Positions 8,480 through 15,572 of a stretch of DNA of 46,096 bases are shown here, one piece after another. A program made the position numbers and the translations under genes. The notes beneath the pieces were generated by a model. It saw only the letters and a list, made by a program, of their open reading frames with translations, did not search any database and had not been told where the DNA came from. Source of the DNA: Thermoanaerobaculia bacterium (lineage in GTDB: Bacteria; Acidobacteriota; Thermoanaerobaculia; Gp7-AA8); NCBI GenBank assembly GCA_036383875.1, contig DASVNL010000056.1, positions 1 through 46,096 on the forward strand, given 5' to 3'. Position 1 is the stretch's first letter, and each line of letters opens with the position of its first letter.

Positions 8480-10933
8480 GATCGCGTCGCGCATCGCGTG
8501 TGCGAGCGAGGCGACGTCTTCGTGCAACACCGTCATGTGCTCGCCGTCGACTTCGACGACGTCGAGGTTTGCGCAGTAGCGGTTCCAACCGAGGTCGCGA
8601 TGCAGGGCGTCGGTGCCCCAGCCGTGCCGGGCGATGAAGAGCGTCACGCGTCCGGAGTACGGCTGCAACGCGTCGCGCTTGCGTACGGCGGAGTACAGCA
8701 CCTGCAGCGGCGGCACGACCGGCGGCTCGGCGTAAAGCGAGAAGCCTTTGCCCCGCAGCCAGCGCGTCATACCCATCAACCTCCGTCCAATGGCACCAAG
8801 GTACCGTGGTGTGTGGGTACGCGGGTGGTGCACGAGCAGGTCGAGATGTTTGGCGAGCCGCTTCCACTTCGGACCCAGCGTCGTGTCGAGCGCCGTGTCG
8901 ATCATCCCTGCGAACGCAACGTGCTGACCCGCGAGTGAGAGTTGCCGCGCGACGTCGAGCGTGACCATGCCGCCTGCGGAGTAGCCCGCGATGAAGTACG
9001 GACCTTCGGGCTGGATCGCGCGGATCGCGTCGACGTAGCACGCGGCCATCGCGGGGAACGTCTTCGGGAACGTCTCGGGGAGAAAGCCGTCGTGCGTGAG
9101 TCCGATGACGGTCTGCTCTGCGCCGAGACTCGCGGCGAGTTTGCGATAGGCGATGACGCTGCCGCCTTTGCCCGAGACGAGGAACAGCGGATGCGCGCTC
9201 GTGCCTTGTTGCACGGTCACGGCGAGACGATCGCGATCCGTGCGCGTGCGCAGGTAGTCCGCCATCTTCGTGACGGTGTTGAGCTCGAGGAGTGCGGAGA
9301 GCGCGAGGTTGCGGCCGAGGAGGCGTTTCACTTCGGCGACGAGATAGGCGGCGACGATGGACTCGCCGCCGTGGTCGTTGAAGAAATCATCGTCGGGTGC
9401 GACGGCGGCGTTGAGCACGCGCGACCAGATGTCGAGCAGCGTGCGCTCGATCTCGTCGCCGTCGTGATGTGTGTCGTCGATGACGATCGTCTCGACGCGA
9501 TCGCGCAACGCGTGACGATCGACTTTGCCTGCGCGCGTCATCGGGATCGCGTCGATCGCGTGAATGCGCGACGGGATCAGGTACGCGGGGATGTTGTCGC
9601 GCAGCGCGGCGCGGATGTCGCGCGGAACGCACGGCGCGTTGTCGCGCATCACGACGTACGCGACGAGATGCGACTCGCCGTCCGCGTCCTGTTTGCCGAC
9701 CGCGACGGCTTCGCGCACGTTCGCGTACTGCAGCAGCGCCGACTCGACTTCGAGCGGATCGATGCGGCGTCCGTGAATCTTGAGGCGTGAGTCTTTGCGG
9801 CCCACGAAGTAATGCAGGCCGTCGGCGTCGCGCTTCACGAGATCGCCGGTGTGGAACGTGCGGTGGCCGGACGTCGAATCGAACGTAAACTTCTGCGCGG
9901 TCAGTTCGGGATCGTTCCAGTAGCCTTCGACGACATGCGGACTGGTGACGATCAACTCGCCCGGCTCGTTGTCCGCGACTTCATGGCCGTCTTCGCCGAC
10001 GAGACGCAGCGCGACGTTCGGACGTGGACGTCCGATCGGTACGAGCGGGCCGGGCACGGGCGTGTCGTGCGTGATGCTGATGTGCGTGACCATCCCGGTT
10101 TCGGTCGCGTTGAAGCCGCGCTCGAGCGTGCAGGTGCGCGGGAATCGCGCCTTGAACGCTTCGACGTCGGCGATGGTCATCACGTCCGCGCCGATCCGCA
10201 GTTTGCGAATCGTCGAGAGGTCGAGGTCCGCGGGGATGACGCGCATGAAGCGGCGGAACAGCGCGGGCGTGAGGGTGAGGATCGAAACGCGCTCGCGCGT
10301 GATGAACGCGGCGAGGTCGTCGAGCGTTTCGGTGCGCGCGTCGTAGGCGCAGAGCGTCGCGCCGTTCATCAGTGAGCCGAGGATTTCGTACGTTGCGCGG
10401 GCGAAGCCGGGGAGGGCGGTGTAGCTCACGCGCTGGCCGGCCTCGCGTCCCGTGACGCGCGCCTGCGCGACCATGCGCTCGACGAGTCCGCGCTGTTTGT
10501 GCGCGACCGCTTTCGGTTTGCCCGTCGTGCCGGACGTGAAGATGAGTTGCACGATCTCGTGCGGCTCGCGCGCGATCGGTTCAACGGATGCATTCGCGAG
10601 CGGGACGACGTCCGCGTCGGCGATCGTGATCGACGCGTTGCTCGCGGCACGGATCGCGTCGAGGCGCTCCGCGGGTTCGCTCGCGTCGAGGATCACGAAG
10701 TAGTGGCCGGCTTTGAGTGCGCCGAGGAGCGCGGGGACGAGCGCGATGGCGTCGCGCATCACGAACGCGATCGGACGATCGAGCGGTGCGTCGCGCGAGA
10801 CGAGCATCGCCGCGACCGCGTCGGACCAGCGATCGAGATCGCGATACGTGTACTGCGCGCGCGGCGACGTGAGCGCGGCGACGTCCGCGAATTCGCGCGC
10901 GGCGTTGCGGAAGGCGTCAGCGACGGATGTCAT
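8465..10933 (-). CDS. stand-alone NRPS-like enzyme: adenylation - thiolation (PCP) - thioesterase (A-T-TE)
   Basis: A-domain cores: LIFTSGTTGKPKAV (A3), FNATETG (A5), HTGDLV (A7), GRKDSRLKIHGRRIDPLEVE (A8), PMTRAGKVDR (A10). Carrier motif FFNDHGGESIVAAYL. TE motifs LFLVSGKGGS and GYSAGG, plus a C-terminal VDGEHMTVL. The ATG at 10933 overlaps the permease stop (ATGA); an alternative ATG lies at 10942. The ORF-track N-terminal extension to 11713 overlaps the permease gene and is rejected. Confidence 0.9.
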   Translation of the reverse strand: MTSVADAFRNAAREFADVAALTSPRAQYTYRDLDRWSDAVAAMLVSRDAPLDRPIAFVMRDAIALVPALLGALKAGHYFVILDASEPAERLDAIRAASNASITIADADVVPLANASVEPIAREPHEIVQLIFTSGTTGKPKAVAHKQRGLVERMVAQARVTGREAGQRVSYTALPGFARATYEILGSLMNGATLCAYDARTETLDDLAAFITRERVSILTLTPALFRRFMRVIPADLDLSTIRKLRIGADVMTIADVEAFKARFPRTCTLERGFNATETGMVTHISITHDTPVPGPLVPIGRPRPNVALRLVGEDGHEVADNEPGELIVTSPHVVEGYWNDPELTAQKFTFDSTSGHRTFHTGDLVKRDADGLHYFVGRKDSRLKIHGRRIDPLEVESALLQYANVREAVAVGKQDADGESHLVAYVVMRDNAPCVPRDIRAALRDNIPAYLIPSRIHAIDAIPMTRAGKVDRHALRDRVETIVIDDTHHDGDEIERTLLDIWSRVLNAAVAPDDDFFNDHGGESIVAAYLVAEVKRLLGRNLALSALLELNTVTKMADYLRTRTDRDRLAVTVQQGTSAHPLFLVSGKGGSVIAYRKLAASLGAEQTVIGLTHDGFLPETFPKTFPAMAACYVDAIRAIQPEGPYFIAGYSAGGMVTLDVARQLSLAGQHVAFAGMIDTALDTTLGPKWKRLAKHLDLLVHHPRTHTPRYLGAIGRRLMGMTRWLRGKGFSLYAEPPVVPPLQVLYSAVRKRDALQPYSGRVTLFIARHGWGTDALHRDLGWNRYCANLDVVEVDGEHMTVLHEDVASLAHAMRDAISRAT

Positions 10934-11682
10934 TGCTGCCATGGCGTGACTCGGCGCAGCAGCGCCTGGATGATCGCGTTCACGGTGATGCCGATGATCG
11001 AGATGATGACCACACCCGCGTACAGGTTCTCTGTACGCATCGTCTGCAGCGCGAGCCAGATCACCGAGCCGATGCCCGGACTCATGACCGTGAACTCGAT
11101 GGCGATCGTGACGAGCAGGCCGAGGTTCGTGGCGATGCGGATGCCGTTGAGGATCATCGGCAGACTGCCGGGCAGCACGACATGACGAAACGTGTCGAAG
11201 CGCCCGCCGCCGTAGTTGCGCACGACTTCGAGATAGAGCGGCGAGATCGCGCGCGCGCCGGCGGATGCGTTGATGAGCGTCGGGAAGAAAACCGTCAGCG
11301 CGATCGACGCGATCTTCGCCCACTCGCTCACGCCGAAGATGACGATGAAGAGAGGGAAGAGCACGATCTTCGGCAGCGGATGGATCGCGGAGATGAACGG
11401 ATCGACGACGCGGCGCAGGCGCGGCAGCCAGCCGATGCAGAGTCCGAAGAGGATGCCCGGGATCGAGCCGGCGATGACGCCGCCGAAGAATCGCAGCAGT
11501 GAGATGCCGATGTTGTGAAACAGATCCTGCCGCACGAGCGTCACCAGCGCTTTGGCGATGAGTGACGGCGGCGGAAAGATCAGCGAATCGATCCAGAGCT
11601 TGCGCGCGGCGACCTCCCACAGCGCGATCAGCGCGACCGCGATCGTCGCGGCAAGGAGGCGGTCTTTCGTGCTGTCGCTCAT
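10930..11682 (-). CDS. ABC transporter permease, NitT/TauT (SsuC/TauC-like) family
   Basis: 250-aa ORF with about 6 TM segments and a binding-protein-dependent permease layout (LLRFFGGVIAGSIPGILFGL, EAA-loop-like region NASAGARAISPLYLEVVRNYGG). It shares 4-nt ATGA overlaps with both neighbours. Confidence 0.9.
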   Translation of the reverse strand: MSDSTKDRLLAATIAVALIALWEVAARKLWIDSLIFPPPSLIAKALVTLVRQDLFHNIGISLLRFFGGVIAGSIPGILFGLCIGWLPRLRRVVDPFISAIHPLPKIVLFPLFIVIFGVSEWAKIASIALTVFFPTLINASAGARAISPLYLEVVRNYGGGRFDTFRHVVLPGSLPMILNGIRIATNLGLLVTIAIEFTVMSPGIGSVIWLALQTMRTENLYAGVVIISIIGITVNAIIQALLRRVTPWQQ

Positions 11683-12452
11683 GTCGGCACCGCCAGGCTC
11701 TCGCGCACTTCAAGCTCGAGGAGGCTCCAGATGCGTTGCCGCAGCGCGACCGCTTCCGCGCTCGCGAGGACTTCGAACGTGCGCGGTCGGGCGAACACGA
11801 CCGGCAACTCGGCGCGAATCGTTCCGGGCCGTCCGCTCATCACGACGATGCGATCGCTGAGCAGGATCGCCTCGTCGATGTCGTGCGTCACGTGGACGAC
11901 GACGCGGCGGTGTTCCTGCCAGATGCGCAGCAGTTCCTGTTGCAACACGAGGCGCGTCTGCGCGTCGAGCGATCCGAACGGCTCGTCGAGCAGGAGGATC
12001 GCAGGGTCGGCGACGAACGCGCGCGCGATGCCGACGCGCTGGCGCATGCCGATCGACAACTCATGCGGACGGTGATGCTGAAACTTGCCGAGACCGACCT
12101 GCTCGATGAAATGTCGCGCGCGTGCGAGTGCGGTGGCGCGCGGGACGTTTTGAAAACGGAGGCCGAGGGCGACGTTTTCGAGGACGTCGTACCACGGCAA
12201 GAGTCCGTGGTCCTGAAACACGAGCGCGGTCTGGAGTTTGTCCGGCGTCGCGTCGGAGAACGTGACCGTGCCGGCGCTCGGAGTCACGAGGCCGGCGAGG
12301 ATTTTGAGCAGCGTCGTTTTGCCGCAGCCGCTCGGACCGACGATCGACACGAACTCCGCGGGCCTCGCCGCGAGGCTCACGCCTGCGAGGGCGATGGTCC
12401 GCGTCGATCCGCTGCCGTAGTCTTTCTCGATCGCGTCGAGGACGAAGGTCAT
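11679..12452 (-). CDS. ABC transporter ATP-binding protein (SsuB/TauB/NrtD-like)
   Basis: Walker A GPSGCGKTT, Q-loop VFQD, signature LSIGMRQRV, Walker B ILLLDEPFGSLD and H-loop VTHD. The start MTFVLDAIEKDYG at 12452 overlaps the SBP stop (ATGA). The ORF-track extension to 12605 is rejected. Confidence 0.9.
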   Translation of the reverse strand: MTFVLDAIEKDYGSGSTRTIALAGVSLAARPAEFVSIVGPSGCGKTTLLKILAGLVTPSAGTVTFSDATPDKLQTALVFQDHGLLPWYDVLENVALGLRFQNVPRATALARARHFIEQVGLGKFQHHRPHELSIGMRQRVGIARAFVADPAILLLDEPFGSLDAQTRLVLQQELLRIWQEHRRVVVHVTHDIDEAILLSDRIVVMSGRPGTIRAELPVVFARPRTFEVLASAEAVALRQRIWSLLELEVRESLAVPT

Positions 12453-13444
12453 CGATCTTTCTGCGCGGCCTCGACGAACGCCGGGTTCCACCACTGCGCG
12501 ACGGTCATCGGTGCGTCGAGGAGTTTCTGCTGCAGTGCCCAGTCGAGGAACGGCTGCACGCGCTCGGGGCGAATGCGGCCGTCGTCGTAGAACGCGGTCC
12601 AGCACATGTTGCGCACGATCGGCTCGTCGAGCTTCGTGTGCTTCGTCAGGATGGCCACGTTGCGATCGGTCTTCCCCTGGTTGTACTGCCTCACGCCGCG
12701 CAGGTACGCGCGCATGAACGCGTGTCCCGTCGCGGGCTCGTCTTCGTTGAGCCGCTTGCCGTAGACGAGCAGCGCGTTCTGATGCTCCGGCTCGATCTCT
12801 TCCGCGCTCGCGACGATCTTCGCCCAGCCGTCATGCAGGATGCCGCTGAGGTTCGGCTCGGTGGTGAGGCGCACGGCGTCCATCTTGTCGCGCGTCGTTG
12901 CGGGCGTGCCCGAGGGAAGCTGAATCATCGTGACGTCTTGCAGCGTCGCGCCGCGCGACTGGAGCAGTCGCAACGTGAGGAATTCGTTCAAGCCGCCGCG
13001 CGTGAGCGCGATGCGCTCGCCGCGCAGCTTGCCGCCGTTCGCCGCGATGCGCTCGGCCGTCGCGATCGGCGCGATGAACGCGTCGGCGACGCAGTTGGTC
13101 GTCGAGTGGCCTTTGTCGGCCACGACGCGCATGTGACCCGTGCGCGCGATCATGTTGAACACGCCGGAGCGCACGCCCGACGAAAGCACATCGAGCTTGC
13201 CGGCGGCCGCCGCGGCGACGGCGGAGTTCGAGTCGAGCGTCGCGATTTCGATGTCGATGCCTTCCTGCGCGAAGAATCCTTCCTCCAACGCGATCATGAG
13301 CGGCGCGTAGGTCAGCGAGGGATTCATGTTCATCACGACCTTCGCGAGCTTCGGCTTCGGCGCCGGTGCGGGCGCTTCTTTTTTGCACGAGAAGGCGGCG
13401 ATGATCGCGATGATCGCGATGGCGATGCGCTTGTTCAGACTCAC
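12449..13444 (-). CDS. ABC substrate-binding lipoprotein, NMT1/THI5/SsuA-like (NitT/TauT family)
   Basis: The GTG at 13444 gives VSLNKRIAIAIIAIIAAFSCKK (lipobox AFSC). The mature part reads LAKVVMNMNPSLTYAPLMIALEEGFFAQEGIDIEIATLDSNSAVAAAAAGKLDVL, typical of this SBP family. The GTGA overlap with the receptor stop is at 13441-13444. The ORF-track extension to 15097 is an out-of-frame shadow over the receptor gene. Confidence 0.85.
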   Translation of the reverse strand: MSLNKRIAIAIIAIIAAFSCKKEAPAPAPKPKLAKVVMNMNPSLTYAPLMIALEEGFFAQEGIDIEIATLDSNSAVAAAAAGKLDVLSSGVRSGVFNMIARTGHMRVVADKGHSTTNCVADAFIAPIATAERIAANGGKLRGERIALTRGGLNEFLTLRLLQSRGATLQDVTMIQLPSGTPATTRDKMDAVRLTTEPNLSGILHDGWAKIVASAEEIEPEHQNALLVYGKRLNEDEPATGHAFMRAYLRGVRQYNQGKTDRNVAILTKHTKLDEPIVRNMCWTAFYDDGRIRPERVQPFLDWALQQKLLDAPMTVAQWWNPAFVEAAQKDR

Positions 13445-15465
13445 GGTTTGCTCCACGACGTGACGCGGATTCCGGCGGTGAAGGTGCGCGGCAGGCCGGT
13501 GCGGAACGAGGTCGGGGTGAGGGCGAAGTAGTAGCCCTGATCGAACACGTTCTCGAGTGTCGCGTAGACGTCGATCCACGGGCGCACGGTCTGCGAGACC
13601 GCGAGGTCGATGACGCGATGCGCGGGCGAGACCGCGAGGTTCGCGGCTTCGCCGTACTGGCGGCTCAGCACGCGGCCGCGCGCGTCGATGGTGGTTCCGC
13701 GATCGCCGCGGAATCGCACGCCGAGCGATCCGATGTGCTTCGAGACTTCGGGAATCATGTTGCCGACGATCGCGGGATCCGGATCTTCGATGATGGTCGA
13801 ATCGGCGTAGGTGTAGCCAGCGTTCATCGACCACTGCCGCGCCAGTCGCGCTTCGGCGATGAGCTCGAAGCCCTGCGCACGCGCGGTGCCGAGGTTCACG
13901 GTTTGAAAGACGTTGGCCGGAGCGCCGGCGAGGTGTGCGCGCGAGACGAGTCCGTCGATCGTGCTGCGATAGACGTTCATCTCGACGCGGCCATGGTCGC
14001 CGGCCCACTCGTATCCGAGCTCGCCGCCGACGAGCGTCTCCGGCTTGAGGTACGGATTGCCGAGGACGAGGCTGTTGCCGGTCTGGTTGTTGCGGTACAT
14101 GTCGCGCAGCGCGGGGGCGCCGAACGCGCGATAGATCGAGCCGCGCACCGCGGACTGCGCGTTGATCGCGTAGCGCACGGAGATGCGCGGATCGAGTTGC
14201 GTCGACGACTGCGACGGATAGATGGTCGCGGCGCCGCCGATGACGGCGTCGGAACCGTTGTCGTTCTTGAAGATGTCGACGCGCGCGCTGGTCAGCACTT
14301 CGACGCGATCGTGCGGACGCCAACTGGTCTGCGCGAAGAATCCGATCGAGGTCTGCTCGCCGGTGACGAGGTTGCGCGCGGTGGTCGCGCCGCTGCGATT
14401 GAACGTCACGCGGCTTTCCTCGGCTTTGGTCTGACGGACGTCCACGCCGACGGAGACGAACGGGAGGACACCCCGACGTTGCAGCGACCACTCGAGCGAG
14501 CCGCCCGCGACGGTCGACGGGATCGTCGCGTCCTGCGAGACGAATTCGGACTCGCGCTGGCCGATGATCGTCGAGTTGACGAGCCGTTCTTTCTGGCGCT
14601 GATAGAACGCGCTGCCGTTGAGGAACGCGTTCGAGCCGAACGCGCGATGTGCGCCCGCGGACGTTTCGAGCACGTCGCGCGCGGTGTAGGTGCCGGGCGT
14701 GCCCTGCGAGATGTCGATCTGCGCGACGCTGCCTTTCGCGAAGGCGGCAGCGGTGTCGGAGAATTTGTAGTCGGCGCGGCCCGCGGTCATCCAACTGTCG
14801 CCCCAGCCGCGCGTGTCGATCGGGCCGGGATTCGGGACGCGCATGTAGCCGTCGGACTGATTGCGGTTGTAGTTCACGCGCACGGCGAGGCTGTCGGTGA
14901 GCGTGCGATCGACGGTGAGGGTCTGGCGTTCGGTGGCGTTGGTGCCGTACGAGACGTCGGCGGTGATCGCGTTTTCTTCGACCGGTTTGGTGATGAGGTT
15001 GATGGTGCCGCCGAGGGCGAAGTTGCCGAAGAGGCTCGTGTTGCCGCCGCGCACGACTTCGACCTGGCGCAGGCTGTCCATCGGAACGCGCTGCCACTGC
15101 ACGATGCCGCTGTAGGGATCGTGCAGCGGGATGCCGTCGAGGAGGACGAGCGCGCGCGTGCCGCCGAGGCCGTGCATCGAGATCTTCTGGTTGTTCGGCG
15201 TCGAGCCGCTGCCGCTGACGATGGCCATGTGCACGCCGGGGATGGTGCGCACGAGATCGTCGACGCTGCGCGCGGGCGCATGCTCGATGTCTTCTTCTTT
15301 GATGGCGGTGGCGCTGACGGGGAGCTCGCTCACCGCGCGCTCGCTGCGCGTCGCGGTGACGACGATGGCCTCGTCGACCTTGGGAGTTTCGGGAACCTGG
15401 TTCTCAGGCGTGGCCGGCTGTTCGCCAGCAATCGCGAACGCGAGCAGGAGGGACAAAACGTACAT
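13441..15465 (-). CDS. TonB-dependent outer-membrane receptor
   Basis: 674 aa. Signal peptide MYVLSLLLAFAIA. Plug-domain motifs DEAIVVTATR, DLVRTIPGV, GTRALVLLDGIPL and VEVVRGGNTSLFG. A long beta-barrel region carries alternating aromatic and polar repeats. Confidence 0.9.
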   Translation of the reverse strand: MYVLSLLLAFAIAGEQPATPENQVPETPKVDEAIVVTATRSERAVSELPVSATAIKEEDIEHAPARSVDDLVRTIPGVHMAIVSGSGSTPNNQKISMHGLGGTRALVLLDGIPLHDPYSGIVQWQRVPMDSLRQVEVVRGGNTSLFGNFALGGTINLITKPVEENAITADVSYGTNATERQTLTVDRTLTDSLAVRVNYNRNQSDGYMRVPNPGPIDTRGWGDSWMTAGRADYKFSDTAAAFAKGSVAQIDISQGTPGTYTARDVLETSAGAHRAFGSNAFLNGSAFYQRQKERLVNSTIIGQRESEFVSQDATIPSTVAGGSLEWSLQRRGVLPFVSVGVDVRQTKAEESRVTFNRSGATTARNLVTGEQTSIGFFAQTSWRPHDRVEVLTSARVDIFKNDNGSDAVIGGAATIYPSQSSTQLDPRISVRYAINAQSAVRGSIYRAFGAPALRDMYRNNQTGNSLVLGNPYLKPETLVGGELGYEWAGDHGRVEMNVYRSTIDGLVSRAHLAGAPANVFQTVNLGTARAQGFELIAEARLARQWSMNAGYTYADSTIIEDPDPAIVGNMIPEVSKHIGSLGVRFRGDRGTTIDARGRVLSRQYGEAANLAVSPAHRVIDLAVSQTVRPWIDVYATLENVFDQGYYFALTPTSFRTGLPRTFTAGIRVTSWSKP

Positions 15466-15510
15466 TGGGAAGAACCTCGGAGACGAAGACTTTGGACGGC
15501 GGGAGTATAC

Positions 15511-15572
15511 GTGGAGCGACAGGCTCTTAGCCTGTCGGCGCGATTCGGCGGGCTGAGAGCCCGCCGCTCCAC
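15511..15572. terminator. nested double-hairpin element immediately 3' of the GGDEF-EAL gene (possible U-tract-less terminator or insulator)
   Basis: The outer stem GTGGAGC (15511-15517) / GCTCCAC (15566-15572) encloses two hairpins: GACAGGCT-ctt-AGCCTGTC (15518-15536) and GGCGGGCT-gag-AGCCCGCC (15547-15565). It abuts the stop codon (TAG, plus-strand cta at 15572-15574). There is no U tract. Confidence 0.4.

Noticed and set aside
15466-15571. TPP riboswitch or Fur box upstream of the TonB receptor/ThiY-like SBP operon (CTGAGA at 15553-15558 caught the eye)
   Set aside because: The CTGAGA is on the wrong strand for the minus-strand operon. The rest of the THI-box (the ACCTGATCTGGATAATGCCAGCG-like segment) is absent. 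There is no GATAATGATAATCATTATC-like Fur box.
15511-15572. tRNA-like appearance (7-bp acceptor-like outer stem with internal hairpins)
   Set aside because: There are only two internal arms and no anticodon-arm or T-loop consensus (GTTCRANYC). The length, about 62 nt, is too short.
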